Notes: generated by a model from the letters alone, not told the origin. A DNA stretch of 64,000 nucleotides from Patescibacteria group bacterium (GCA_041661105.1 JBAZVB010000002.1:299865-363864), one strand, 5' to 3'. Positions 1 through 10,293 are shown, counted from the stretch's first letter. Translations and numbers: made by a program.

Positions 1-868
1 AGTACGGCTTTTAAAGCTTCTTTTGTCCCACCGCCTTTGCACGCGGCTTTCATCCTCGAACCGGATCCTTTGGCTTCGGGGTGTTTCATGGCAGGGCAAT
101 CTTCACTGCAAATGACATCCGATGGAGAACCGTTCTCGGTATAGCCGGTTGAAAAATCAAAGGGTTCTCTTTTGACAACGGGGACCATCAGCGAGGGGAG
201 AGTCGTTAGGTTGGGATTCAGGTTAGCCAAGATGACGTAAGAACCAAGAATCAAGGCCATGCCAATTAACGCGTCCTGAATAATTTCTTTTGAATCCCTG
301 ACACGGGCGCCTGTGCCCGAAAGGATGTAGGTTATGCCGCCGTAAACTAGCATGATGGCGGCGGCAATCAGGGCGATGCCGATTAACATCTTCTGTACGC
401 CTACGATGTATTCAGCCAGAAAGGGAACATAGACAATGCCCTGGTCCTGGTAGGCGGGAGAAAGATTAATGCCCGGGATGGGAATGTTTAGGCCTGGAGC
501 AGGAGTTTGGCTGGGGGCGGTTGTTCCGGATTTTTTTTGAGTGACACCGGGTGTTTTGGGCAAAGAGGCAAAGTTAAAGTTGTTGCTGTCAACCGGAGTG
601 TTGACGCAAGATCCTCCCAGCGCAGTTTGGGCGCAGGTTGTAGCATTGGCGCAGGTGGCAGCCTGCAGGCTGGCATCTGAATTATTTTTTAAAGTTGAAC
701 AGTCAAAGCCGGCCGGATAACTTATACAAAATTTACCGTTCACTTCCGGGTGCGTGCAGACGCAACAGTCAGCCAAAGCCAGCAGGGGATAGCCGAAAAA
801 ACAAACCGCTAACAAGCCGCCAATCAGGAAACGGCTTCGTAGAAAATTATATGAACCGCTTGGTTGAG
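1..868 (-). CDS. Secreted Cys-rich protein with a T4SS-pilin-like (TrbC/VirB2-like) two-helix membrane hairpin; 3' end runs off the window
   Basis: Absent from the ORF track because it is open at the window edge. My translation from ATG 866-868 gives MVPSQPSGSYNFLRSRFLIGGLLAVCFFGYPLLALADCCVCTHPEVNGKFC...MLIGIALIAAAIMLVYGGITYILSGTGARVRDSKEIIQDALIGMALILGSYVILANLNPN... The signal peptide, CCxCxHP..NGKFC motif and TM hairpin are colinear with the paralogue at 882..2522. Confidence 0.6.
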
Positions 869-881
869 ATGGAACCATAGT

Positions 882-2522
882 TTATTTATTGCGATACTTG
901 TAACCGCTTTTGGCGTCGCCTACCACGGGCATTCGTTTGTCCCAGCAACCCACGCTACAGGCGAACTTCGGGTTAATGTCCGGTTTCAGGGGGACTATCT
1001 CTTTTTCAACAAAAGCTTGACATTCGGTTGGATCCAGCGGGAAATCGCCCCGGCAGACGGTCAAAAAAATCGGGTTGATATTTTCATAGATATTTGTGCC
1101 CTGCATACACCAATAGGTATCGTTGTTCCGGTGGTCGGGCGTGCCCATCCTTACCGGTTTCATCGGTTTAATGTCAAGGTTTTTATTAGAGGCGGCGCAG
1201 GGCCCCGGTGAGCCGTCTTTATTATAACATCCGCCGTAATAAATCCAGACCATGGATATCGTGCCCAGCAGTTTTTGGGTATCGAAAGCATTATTAGTGC
1301 GCAACGTCCTGCGGATATGCAGTGAGCCGAAATACATGCCCCAATACGGATCCATCAACTGTTTGGGAGTGAAAGGTTCTCCGTCGAACGAATATTTGCC
1401 TGATTTATTGACGCTGAAGGTGAACATCATCAACCCGAAGCCGTGGCTGAAGCGCGGATCTAATCCCAGGTCATCCTTGGTGTAATCGACTACGTCGTCA
1501 TTGATGGTGACGTCGGGGATAACGGGTTTGCCTTTATAGGTGACGCCCAGTTCGTTGAATCGTTTGCGTCCGGGATAAATACTCATGCCCGTACCACGAA
1601 CCGGACCGATGGGATTTTCGTCGTGCCCGGCGATGTTCGGCAGGGCCATGTAGGACTCGTTATTCATGGCCGTGAAAATATAACATGGATTTATGTTCAG
1701 ATCTTTTGAGAGGACGTCGGCCGCGCAGTGGTATATCGAAAGGAGCGTGGGCTGACCCCCGGGGTTCATTTCAAAAGTGCATTTGCCAGGTTTGGTCGAG
1801 CCGCTTGAGCCGACGGTGCTGACCGTTTCGATGTTAGATTTTTCCGCGGGAACACGGTAAAGCTGTAAAGCCGTGAGGCGGGCCGTATTTGGATTCAGGT
1901 TGGAGAGTATGACGACCGCGCCCAAAACAATGATCATGCCAATCAAGGCATCAATGATGATTTTCTTGCCTTCCTGCACTTTGAGCCCTGTCCCGGAAAG
2001 AAGATAAAGCCAGCCTCCGTAAATCAGCATAATGGCCGTCGCGATCAGGCTGATGCCGATGAGTAAAGCCTGGAAAGCTTGCAGATACTGGGCCATCATC
2101 GGCACGATGACCGTATTGTTGTCATTATAAGGGGCAAAAAAAGTCAGACCGGGAAGATCTATGTTGAGCTTGAAGTCCAGGGTTTTAGGTTGCGTGTCTG
2201 CGCTCTTACTGGCCACGTAACCGGGGACGGAAGAAAGTTTAAAATCAATCTCGCTTGACGGTTCATTCAGACATTGGCCGGCTGGAATTTTTTTACACGG
2301 GTTGGCACTGACGTCAGTCACGCAAGAAGCCGCCTTGACGTCATTGTTCGTCGAACTGTTTAAGTTTTCGCAGGATGTATTGACGTTGTTAAGACAGAAT
2401 TTTCCATTGGCAACGGCGGGATGGGAACAGAGACAACAACTGGCCGCTAAGGCTTCCGGAGTACAAATCAAAAAAACAGTTATCAGGATAACCAGACTAA
2501 AAAAAGTTCGCGGCTGGTTCAT
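882..2522 (-). CDS. Secreted Cys-rich protein: pilin-like TM hairpin plus a C-terminal domain with SLT/lytic-transglycosylase-like motifs
   Basis: Signal peptide MNQPRTFFSLVILITVFLICTPEALA, then CCLCSHPAVANGKFC. TM hairpin LIGISLIATAIMLIYGGWLYLLSGTGLKVQEGKKIIIDALIGMIIVLGAVVILSNLNPN. The C-terminal part has ES (NNESYMAL), GLMM (HGFGLMMF) and YYGG in the order of the ES/GLMQ/AYNAG motifs of SLT enzymes. The SLT assignment is tentative. Confidence 0.5.
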   Translation of the reverse strand: MNQPRTFFSLVILITVFLICTPEALAASCCLCSHPAVANGKFCLNNVNTSCENLNSSTNNDVKAASCVTDVSANPCKKIPAGQCLNEPSSEIDFKLSSVPGYVASKSADTQPKTLDFKLNIDLPGLTFFAPYNDNNTVIVPMMAQYLQAFQALLIGISLIATAIMLIYGGWLYLLSGTGLKVQEGKKIIIDALIGMIIVLGAVVILSNLNPNTARLTALQLYRVPAEKSNIETVSTVGSSGSTKPGKCTFEMNPGGQPTLLSIYHCAADVLSKDLNINPCYIFTAMNNESYMALPNIAGHDENPIGPVRGTGMSIYPGRKRFNELGVTYKGKPVIPDVTINDDVVDYTKDDLGLDPRFSHGFGLMMFTFSVNKSGKYSFDGEPFTPKQLMDPYWGMYFGSLHIRRTLRTNNAFDTQKLLGTISMVWIYYGGCYNKDGSPGPCAASNKNLDIKPMKPVRMGTPDHRNNDTYWCMQGTNIYENINPIFLTVCRGDFPLDPTECQAFVEKEIVPLKPDINPKFACSVGCWDKRMPVVGDAKSGYKYRNK

Positions 2523-2526
2523 GGTT

Positions 2527-3228
2527 CTAATTGATCAGATAAGACATGGCGGTCCGTATCATGGTGGAGCTTGAGGCGCTTTGAGCCGGGAAAACATGCG
2601 TCCCGATAAAAACGAAAGGCGCCTTATCGATGCCGTCTCCCCGGGCGATATCTATCTTTTGTCGGAGGTAGCTCCGGAGATTCTTATCCTGGCGGCAGGT
2701 GTAGAGCAGACCGTCTTTGTCTTTCAATTTATCGGCCAGGAGGTTAAGGGTCTGATTGTCGATTTTCGGCAGGGAGATCAAAAGCTTGTGAGCTTGCCAC
2801 GCATCATCCAAAAGGCGTGAGCATTCGGATAACACGGCGGCTTCGAAAGAGACATCGTTGTCATCCGTTTTAGCCGGCAAATAATACCAAATAAAACGGA
2901 CCCGGCCTTGGTTGCGGGCCCAACTTTCGAGCTCGCGCGCCAGGGCATTGGACTGCGAGTCGGCGTAATCACCGTAAAAAGCAATCCCGGCGGTGGAGGA
3001 CATCGATCCGATGACCAAGGCGTCAGTCGCCAGGAAAGCCGGCGGCTTGATTTGGTCGTAGGGAACTTTTTTGGGTTCAACCTTTTCCAAAATATCCTGG
3101 GGCGGCGCTCCGCTCAAAAAATAATCCTTGCGATTATGGTACCAACGCCAGCCCATGGAACCCACCAAAACCAGGCAGGCCAGGGCCAGGATAAAGATCG
3201 CCAAGCGCTCTTTGGTAAACCATTTCAT
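2527..3228 (-). CDS. Membrane-anchored DsbA-like thioredoxin-fold protein lacking the CXXC motif
   Basis: N-terminal TM segment. IAFYGDYADSQSNALAREL sits where DsbA family members have F.D..CP.C. The C-terminal APFVFIGTHVF resembles the TPTFFING strand. Confidence 0.45.
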   Translation of the reverse strand: MKWFTKERLAIFILALACLVLVGSMGWRWYHNRKDYFLSGAPPQDILEKVEPKKVPYDQIKPPAFLATDALVIGSMSSTAGIAFYGDYADSQSNALARELESWARNQGRVRFIWYYLPAKTDDNDVSFEAAVLSECSRLLDDAWQAHKLLISLPKIDNQTLNLLADKLKDKDGLLYTCRQDKNLRSYLRQKIDIARGDGIDKAPFVFIGTHVFPAQSASSSTMIRTAMSYLIN

Positions 3229-3230
3229 AT

Positions 3231-4499
3231 TTAGTAGTTGAGATTATAACTGTAGAGCTTGCCGGTTACGGAGTCGGTGAAAACCAGTTTTGTATGATCC
3301 TGGTTCAAGACCGGTTGGTTGATGGGGTGGTTTTGGTCGCTCGAATTAATTTTTTTGGAGACGCCCGTATCAAGGTTGATGTAGTAGAGATCGTCCGGTA
3401 TGTTGGAAAACTTGCTTTTGTCATAACCGGCTCCCATTGGGAGGTCGATGGGCACGGCGCAAAATAATTCCTTATCATTGCTCCAAACGCATTTATCCGC
3501 CCAGGTCATGAGGTTCAATTTTTTACGGTTCCTGCCGATATCCTGGCCGGAGGCTTCCGAGACCCAAAGCATGGGCTTGTCATTGTCTCTTGCGTGATAG
3601 ACGCTGTAGAGCAAAAGTTTGCCGGTCGGGGACCAGCTGGGCACAAACCCCCGGCCCGGAACGGTCAGGGCTTTAAAGTTTTCGTGATTCTTACCCAGGA
3701 GATAGATCTGCTCGGCATTGTCGGCCTGCGGAGTGCCGGTCCGCGAAAAAGCAATGACCTGGTTATTGGGCGACCAGCTCGGGATGACCAGGTCTGCGTT
3801 TTCTCCCATGTGATAAACAGCCGTGGCCTCGTTGCCATCCGGTTGGGCGGTGATCAGGAAACGGTTACCCTCGTCCAAGCCCACGCTCTTGGCCACTACT
3901 TGCTGATCCTGAGGTGCGAATTCAAAATCCGTCCAGTGCGAGGGGAGCGTGACCTGCCTTTGGTCATCAAAGTTGTAATAAATATTGCTGCCGTCCGGAA
4001 AGCCCATGATTGCCTCATCCACGCTATTGCCCCAGCTTACATTATCGACGTTCACGAATTGCCTATCGGAAAGCAGAGTCAGCGTTCCGTCGTCATTGAT
4101 ACGGTAGAAACGCCCGTCTTCAGGATTGTAATAGCGGGTATCGCCTTTGGGTGAAGGGCTAACCGCTTGGGTTACTCCATCTCGGAGCAATGTGACATCG
4201 GCTTGAGCGGTTGCCCCGTTTGTCGGAGTTACGCCGCCCGCCTCCGGTAAAGTCCCACCGCCCGTCACCTCGGAAGTGGTCGTAGCGCCGCGCGGGCCGG
4301 ATTGGCCGAGCGTGCCCGTCAATCCTTCCGGATTTTGCACCTGGATCACGGGAGCGGCCGGCTTAAAGAAAAAATAATAAAGGGCGTAGCCTGTTCCGAT
4401 CGAGAAGAGGATGAAAAATCCGATAAAAAGCAATCGTTTGGTGTTTTCTGTCAAAGTGATCATAAAGGTTATTATATTACGTCGGGAGGCTAATTCCAA
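3231..4499 (-). CDS. Membrane-anchored TolB-like beta-propeller (PD40/WD40-like repeat) protein
   Basis: N-terminal TM segment and a Gly/Thr-rich linker. Repeated PSWSPNNQVIAFS and PSWSPTGKLLLYS motifs are typical of PD40 repeats. The start may instead be the internal Met at about 4463. Confidence 0.55.
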   Translation of the reverse strand: MELASRRNIITFMITLTENTKRLLFIGFFILFSIGTGYALYYFFFKPAAPVIQVQNPEGLTGTLGQSGPRGATTTSEVTGGGTLPEAGGVTPTNGATAQADVTLLRDGVTQAVSPSPKGDTRYYNPEDGRFYRINDDGTLTLLSDRQFVNVDNVSWGNSVDEAIMGFPDGSNIYYNFDDQRQVTLPSHWTDFEFAPQDQQVVAKSVGLDEGNRFLITAQPDGNEATAVYHMGENADLVIPSWSPNNQVIAFSRTGTPQADNAEQIYLLGKNHENFKALTVPGRGFVPSWSPTGKLLLYSVYHARDNDKPMLWVSEASGQDIGRNRKKLNLMTWADKCVWSNDKELFCAVPIDLPMGAGYDKSKFSNIPDDLYYINLDTGVSKKINSSDQNHPINQPVLNQDHTKLVFTDSVTGKLYSYNLNY

Positions 4500-4502
4500 A
4501 TA

Positions 4503-6905
4503 TTAGAGAATGCTAATTCCAAAATAGTTGGCCAGTTGCAGGAAGGTGCCAAAAAAAGAAGCGACAATCAAAGCCGTCACGGTCAGCGGGATGGCCATAA
4601 AGGCGATAGCCGAAATCGGAAGCAGAATATCGGCAAAGATGATTACACCGTCTTTGACATTGGAGATGGTTTTCTCCAAGGGCAGGGAACCCGCGGAAGG
4701 TTTTTGTTCGAAGAAAGGTATTTTACCGTCGGCCACATGTTTATTAATAAGGTCGATATTCCATTCCACCCAGAGGGTCAACAAAGATACTCCGGATTCG
4801 CTAGAACCGATTTCACCGATATCCAAAAGATTTTTGAAAGCTTGTTTGCCGCGTTTAAGGCTCTCAATTTTAGCTTTAAAATCTTCGATCTGTTTCGTCG
4901 CTTGATCCGCCTTAAGTTTGCTGCTGACTTGGTTGGAAAGCAGTTTCAAGGCAAAGCCGATCTCATCCATCTTGCCTGGTCCGCCTGAACCGGCGGCCTG
5001 CCCCCGGCCTGCCTGCGAGACCAACTGTCTGGTAGATGGCGGCTCGGGTTTGACGTTGCGCAATCTCGAGGAAGGCGCCCCGGTCAATTGTTCTCCGGCT
5101 ACGGTGTCCCGTCGCTGTATGGCTTGGAAGGATCTCAGCCTGTCTATATCGCTCTCAGGAGTACCTCCTCCGGCTGTCTCGTCTTCTATTTCTTCTTCCA
5201 TGGCCATGGTTCCTGGACCGCGTTCTGCCTGCGGGTAATAGCCGCCCTGTTGCGCGAGCGGATTAAAAAATTGTCCGTACGCCATGGATGGGGTCAGTCC
5301 TTCTTCCATGCCTTCGGCCAGTTCTGATTCGAGCCCGCTACCACTTAATTCTAAACCTTCTTCGGTCGCCATGGCCTCTTCGTCTCCACGCTCCATGGCT
5401 CGACCTCTCCAAGCTTCGTTTTGCGCGGCGTGGAGATCCATGGCCCGGCTAATCGGAGGTTTGATTTCTTGAGGGCCAACGCTTTTAGAGCTCCTACGTC
5501 CTGGTCGTCCCAGCGTCCCAGCGTCCCACGTCCCTGGGACGACTGAAACTTGCGACGAGGGGCTTTTGGTTGTTGGCAAATTTGGCGTCCCTCTGGCTCC
5601 AAAGGCAGAGGCGGCTGACATGGGTTGTTCGGTCTGGGTCGAGGGGATAGCCAAATCCTGTCCCGTGGTTTGGGCTTGAGCGCGACCGCCGGGAGATGGA
5701 GCTTGTTCAACTTCTGTTGTCCGCCGTGTATCAGGCCGTGAAATTTCCGTCCCAGCTCCACCTTGGCGTGATGGCAGAACTGGAATTCTAGTTGCTTGAT
5801 CTGGGCCTGGTCTGGTTCCAACGAGATTTTGAGGAGAAGGAGTCGTTCGCGCGGCCGATCCCCGTGCGGGTTGGCGGCCGTACGTCCCCAAACGTGACCG
5901 ACGAGGTTGTATGGGTGTTTGCCTGGCTGGTGAAACGGATGAGATGGGCGAGAGAGGTGGCGGTAAGCTCACTTCTGATTCGGCTGGTGCCTGGATAGAT
6001 ATTTCTTTGAAAATAGCTCCGGTCTGTCCACCGGCTGTTGGAATCGGGATTTTAATCCTTGTCTCCGTTTCACCTTTGGCCTCTATTTGAGCTGTTTGAG
6101 GAGTACCTTTTCCACCAGAGGCTGTCGGAGACGGGGGAGCAGGGAGGTTGGGCGCTTGGACTTCGGCTTCGTTTTTAATTTCGCCCTCCGCCTTCAACTC
6201 GACGCCCGGCGCGGCGGGAGCGGCTCCTGTTGCTTGTTGTTGCGGTGCGGCCGCGCTCTTGGCAGGCGCGGCTATGGGCACGTTGGAAATTTCCGGACTG
6301 CGCCCTGCACCAGACGGTGCATGGCCGCGCAAAGCTGCCGGGGATGAGAGAGTTTTTTTCTGGGGAGCCGGAGTTGTCTCCTTTGTTCCACCAGCTGAAG
6401 CTCTTGTTCGTCGACTAACCGGTTTGAGCCCTGCCATGCTTCCCAGAGTTTGTCCGATGGCTCCAAAACCTTTACCCAAAACGGCAGCTTTGGCCGCATC
6501 TAATTTGGTGGATGAACCTTCTGACTTAGCCGAGGCTTCAGCCTGGCTTTTGACTTGCAGATCTTGGTAATTTCGCCGGTCGTAATCTGCAAAAAATGAT
6601 CGGGCCGGAGTTTTTAAATCTTCCGTAAAGATTTTTTTTGGTATGTAAAGGCCAGGTAATTCCTGGATTATAAAAGTGAGGTCGGGTTTGTTCCTTATAG
6701 CGGACGCCGAGTCAAACATTTTTTTGACGACCCCGCGATCAAGTTTGAAAAGATTGTTTTTAAAAGCCTCAACCGTGTCCACGCGGTTGGCTTCGTTGCT
6801 CGAATTGTAATTCGTGACCAGGTTGGCGACTTGGTCTAAGGCTTGGGATTGATTATTGACCAATCCGGAATTCGATGGTGCGTTTTGATTTTTTTCCTCC
6901 GCCAT
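4503..6905 (-). CDS. 800-aa low-complexity (Pro/Ala/Ser/Gly-rich) protein with C-terminal TM segments; function unknown
   Basis: Long ORF on the same strand and tightly packed with its neighbours. The C-terminus VIIFADILLPISAIAFMAIPLTVTALIVASFFGTFLQLANYF is hydrophobic. I recognise no domain. Confidence 0.5.
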   Translation of the reverse strand: MAEEKNQNAPSNSGLVNNQSQALDQVANLVTNYNSSNEANRVDTVEAFKNNLFKLDRGVVKKMFDSASAIRNKPDLTFIIQELPGLYIPKKIFTEDLKTPARSFFADYDRRNYQDLQVKSQAEASAKSEGSSTKLDAAKAAVLGKGFGAIGQTLGSMAGLKPVSRRTRASAGGTKETTPAPQKKTLSSPAALRGHAPSGAGRSPEISNVPIAAPAKSAAAPQQQATGAAPAAPGVELKAEGEIKNEAEVQAPNLPAPPSPTASGGKGTPQTAQIEAKGETETRIKIPIPTAGGQTGAIFKEISIQAPAESEVSLPPPLSPISSVSPARQTPIQPRRSRLGTYGRQPARGSAARTTPSPQNLVGTRPGPDQATRIPVLPSRQGGAGTEISRPDTRRTTEVEQAPSPGGRAQAQTTGQDLAIPSTQTEQPMSAASAFGARGTPNLPTTKSPSSQVSVVPGTWDAGTLGRPGRRSSKSVGPQEIKPPISRAMDLHAAQNEAWRGRAMERGDEEAMATEEGLELSGSGLESELAEGMEEGLTPSMAYGQFFNPLAQQGGYYPQAERGPGTMAMEEEIEDETAGGGTPESDIDRLRSFQAIQRRDTVAGEQLTGAPSSRLRNVKPEPPSTRQLVSQAGRGQAAGSGGPGKMDEIGFALKLLSNQVSSKLKADQATKQIEDFKAKIESLKRGKQAFKNLLDIGEIGSSESGVSLLTLWVEWNIDLINKHVADGKIPFFEQKPSAGSLPLEKTISNVKDGVIIFADILLPISAIAFMAIPLTVTALIVASFFGTFLQLANYFGISIL

Positions 6906-6956
6906 ACTTTAGAAAGTGCTTAGTCTGGCTACCGTCTACTGTCTAATAGCTATCGT

Positions 6957-9458
6957 CTATTTAAATCTCACTCCTTTGTCAGTGGCCAGGACGGTGATCT
7001 TCGACCTTTTATGTTTTGAAATGAGGTACTTGCCGAGCGGCGCGCTGATTTCTCTTTCGATGAGGCGTCTTATAGCGCGGGCGCCTTCCTCGGCCGGCAG
7101 ATTCTGTTGCATGAGCCAGTCCCTAACAGAATCGGTAACTTCGCAGGCCACACGTTGCATACGTTCCAATCGTTCGCAGACCTCGGTTAGTTCACGATCT
7201 AGAATGCGTCGTAAGTTATCAGCCGAAAGGGGATTAAAGATGATGATCCGATCCAGGCGATTAATTAATTCTGACTTGAAACGTTGTTTAACCTCGTCGC
7301 TGATCAGGGAACTCAAGTCATTGCTTTCGCGCGTAAAACCCAGATGCTTCCTTTGCAGTTGATCTGATCCGACGTTGGATGTCAGAACGATGTAGGCGTT
7401 GCGGAAAGAGATGGTCCGGCCCGTCGCATCGGTTAAACGTCCGTCTTCTAATATCTGGAGCAAAGTTTGCTGCACGTCCTGATGAGCTTTTTCAATTTCA
7501 TCAAAACAAACCACGCAGTGCGGACGTTTGCGTACGGCATCGGTCAGCTTGGTGCTCTCGCGATAACCGACATAGCCGGCCGGTGAACCTACCAGTTTGG
7601 AAATGGAGTGCGATTCGGAAAATTCCGACATGTCGAGTTTGATCAAGGCGTCTTCGCGGCCGTAGAGCTCTTGCGCCAGTGTCCTGGCTAATTCGGTTTT
7701 GCCGGTACCCGAAGGGCCAACCAAAAGCATGGTGGCTTTGGGCCGTCTGGGATCATGCAAACCAAGCCTGGCGCGACGGACAACGTCGGCCACCTGGGCA
7801 ATCGCTTCATCCTGACCCAAAACATGTTCAGCTAATCTCTCTTCCAAGCCAGTCAATCTCTCCCGTTCCGAAGCCAGGATGACTGACACGGGCACGTGGG
7901 CGATGCGGGCCACGACTTTGGCCACATCTTCCGGTTTGATAATCGGCTTGTCGTGCTCACGCAGTTCGTCTAACTCTTTCGTCAAAGCGTCGCGATCCAT
8001 TTCTAAACAGGCCGCGTCAGCCGAGGCTTGCTCGGCGGATTCCATTTCATTGCGTTGTACGTGTTGTTCAGCTTCTTCTTTTTTAGCTTTGACGGCGGCA
8101 TCCAAGACGGACAATCTTTCCATTTGGTCGCGCGATTGGCGTTTGGCTACCACCGAAGCCGCGGCTTCATCCATCAAATCAACGGCTTTGTCCGGGAAAA
8201 GCCGGTCAGTCATAAAGCGTTCAGCCAGATCAACGGCCGCTCGGAGCGTTTGCGGGTGGTATTTAACTCCGTGATGTTTGGCATACCTTTCTTCGAGTCC
8301 CTTTAGCATTTCATGCGTGGCTTCAGCGGTCGGCTCATCAATCATGATGGGCTGGAAGCGGCGTTCGAGGGCCGCGTCCGGCTCGATGTGTTTTTTATAT
8401 TCAGCCCAAGTCGTAGCGCCCACGCAACGGATTTCGCCGCGGGCCAAAGCCGGCTTGAGGATGTTGGCCGCGTCCAGTGAACCGGAAGTCGATCCCGCTC
8501 CTACGATGTTATGAATTTCATCGATAAAAAGAATGGTTTTGGGATCAAGGCGAGCCTCTTCCACTATTTGCTTGAGCCGTGCTTCAAATTCTCCGCGATA
8601 CATGGTCCCGGCGACCGTCGAAGCCAAATCGAGCGAAAGTAAACGATGGCCGTAAAGCGCGTCCGGCACATCGCCTTCTGCCAGGCGTTTAGCTAAGCCT
8701 TCGACGATAGCCGTTTTGCCGACGCCCGGGTCTCCCAGCAAAACCGGATTGGATTTGGTGCGTCTGATTAAGACCTCGATTACACGTTCAAGTTCAGCTT
8801 CGCGTCCAATCACAGGGTCGAGCTTTTCGGCGGTTTCCGGTTGTGTCAAGTTACGCGCAAAACTTTCCAAAGCCGAAGACGTCTGTTGATTGCGCCAAGG
8901 GCGTTGGCCCGGATATTGATTTTGAGCATGATCTTCTTCTGCGCCGGGCATAATGTCGTCATCATCCTGGGCGCGTTGCAAGACCTGATCCATGGAAGGG
9001 AAGTTAGAAGTTGAGCGCAGGACGCTTTCGACCTGTTCGCGCAAAGTCTTGAGCGGGATGTTATGCGATTTGAAAAAATCAACGATAGTGAGATCGTCGC
9101 ATTCGGCCAGGGCCGCGGCCAAGTGTTCGGTCCCGACGAATTTATGTTCTCTCAGGTGGGCGGTCACGATGCACTTCTCAAGAATCTTTTTGACGGCCGG
9201 AGAAAGATCCAGGGCCATGAGCGATTTATGCTGATTAGGACTGCCCCGGAAAAAATTAGCCGCTTCTTGGGCATTACAGCCGGACTTTTTAAGTATCTCG
9301 CCGCCCAAAGCGCCCTTCTCTTCCAATAAACCCACGATCAGGTCGCCCGGTTCAACGATTTCCCGTCCATTGGCTACGGCAAAATTCAACGCCTTTTGCA
9401 GCGTGTCCTTCAAGTGGTTGGTAAACCGGTGGATGAGATCGTTGGGCAACATACTCAA
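6957..9458 (-). CDS. clpC: ATP-dependent Clp protease ATP-binding subunit (ClpC-type class I AAA+)
   Basis: Clp N-domain repeats. Two Walker A sites, [15 protein letters not shown] and [16 protein letters not shown]. The short middle domain fits ClpC rather than ClpB. Confidence 0.85.
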   Translation of the reverse strand: MSMLPNDLIHRFTNHLKDTLQKALNFAVANGREIVEPGDLIVGLLEEKGALGGEILKKSGCNAQEAANFFRGSPNQHKSLMALDLSPAVKKILEKCIVTAHLREHKFVGTEHLAAALAECDDLTIVDFFKSHNIPLKTLREQVESVLRSTSNFPSMDQVLQRAQDDDDIMPGAEEDHAQNQYPGQRPWRNQQTSSALESFARNLTQPETAEKLDPVIGREAELERVIEVLIRRTKSNPVLLGDPGVGKTAIVEGLAKRLAEGDVPDALYGHRLLSLDLASTVAGTMYRGEFEARLKQIVEEARLDPKTILFIDEIHNIVGAGSTSGSLDAANILKPALARGEIRCVGATTWAEYKKHIEPDAALERRFQPIMIDEPTAEATHEMLKGLEERYAKHHGVKYHPQTLRAAVDLAERFMTDRLFPDKAVDLMDEAAASVVAKRQSRDQMERLSVLDAAVKAKKEEAEQHVQRNEMESAEQASADAACLEMDRDALTKELDELREHDKPIIKPEDVAKVVARIAHVPVSVILASERERLTGLEERLAEHVLGQDEAIAQVADVVRRARLGLHDPRRPKATMLLVGPSGTGKTELARTLAQELYGREDALIKLDMSEFSESHSISKLVGSPAGYVGYRESTKLTDAVRKRPHCVVCFDEIEKAHQDVQQTLLQILEDGRLTDATGRTISFRNAYIVLTSNVGSDQLQRKHLGFTRESNDLSSLISDEVKQRFKSELINRLDRIIIFNPLSADNLRRILDRELTEVCERLERMQRVACEVTDSVRDWLMQQNLPAEEGARAIRRLIEREISAPLGKYLISKHKRSKITVLATDKGVRFK

Positions 9459-9572
9459 TTAAAGCAAAAAGCAAAATTCAAAGAGCAAAATGCAGGTATC
9501 GCTATGCGATTTAATATATATTTGTGCCGAAGGCCTCCTGCATTTTGAAATTTGCTTTTTGAATTTTGAATT
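9457..9572. repeat. Composite inverted-repeat element, copy 1 (AATTCAAA/GCAAAA word arms plus conserved core)
   Basis: Arms gcaaaattcaaagagcaaaatgcagg / cctgcattttgaaatttgctttttgaattttgaatt. Core ggtatcgctatgcgat-AT-rich-gccgaaggcctcc is shared with 13677, 30411 and 59077. Confidence 0.8.
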
Positions 9573-9625
9573 ATCATATTGCTTATCCGGTGTGGGAGTA
9601 TATGGGCAGTGTCAGGTCTCAAGTT

Positions 9626-9660
9626 ACAAGCTTCAAGACGTTAATGGGCTTGAAGCTTGT
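9626..9660 (-). terminator. Perfect 12-bp hairpin downstream of lemA
   Basis: acaagcttcaag-(11 nt)-cttgaagcttgt lies just 3' of the lemA stop on the minus strand. Confidence 0.5.
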
Positions 9661-9670
9661 GGCTCGGAAC

Positions 9671-10240
9671 TTACGCTTGAGGTGTTGGTTGGTTGAACTC
9701 AACCTTGGGGACGGCTTTTTCGTCCTCGCCTGCCTCAAAGAATTTGTAGGCTTTGAATTGCAAGAAACCGGCAATCAGGTTAGTCGGAAAGACCTGAATT
9801 TTGGTGTTGAAATCACGCACGTTGCCGTTGTAAAAGCGGCGGGAAGCCTGGATTTTATTTTCCGTCTCCGCAAGTTCAGTCTGAAGTTGCAAAAAATTCT
9901 GGTTGGCTTGAAGCCCAGGATAGTTCTCAGTTACGGCGAACAAGCTTTTGAGCGTTTCGGACAGTTGATTCTCAGTCGCTATCTTGTCGTCAATGCTTTT
10001 GGCCTGCATGGCCTGGGAGCGAGCTTCTGCGACCTTCGTGAAAACCGCGCTTTCATGTGAAGCGTAGCCCTGAACGGTGGCTATCAGGTTAGGGATTAAG
10101 TCGTGTCGGCGTTTAAGTTGGACATCAATGTCCGACCAGGCCTCGTCAGTCTGGTTACGCGCTTTGATCAGGCCATTGTAAGTAGCCAGCAACCAAAGGG
10201 CGATTATGATGACAACTATCAGCAAAATCCACCAAATCAT
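9671..10240 (-). CDS. lemA: LemA family membrane protein
   Basis: N-terminal TM segment, then YNGLIKARNQTDEAWSDIDVQLKRRHDLIPNL, the characteristic LemA block. Confidence 0.85.
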   Translation of the reverse strand: MIWWILLIVVIIIALWLLATYNGLIKARNQTDEAWSDIDVQLKRRHDLIPNLIATVQGYASHESAVFTKVAEARSQAMQAKSIDDKIATENQLSETLKSLFAVTENYPGLQANQNFLQLQTELAETENKIQASRRFYNGNVRDFNTKIQVFPTNLIAGFLQFKAYKFFEAGEDEKAVPKVEFNQPTPQA

Positions 10241-10293
10241 AGAGGATTTTAAGCTAGGAATTAAGTCCTCAAATTGTAGACGAAAAGCTGCGC

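Noticed and set aside
864-1485. Plus-strand ORFs 864..1211 and 1252..1485.
   Set aside because: They overlap the minus-strand pilin-like/SLT-like gene, which has a signal peptide, a paralogue and consistent operon packing.
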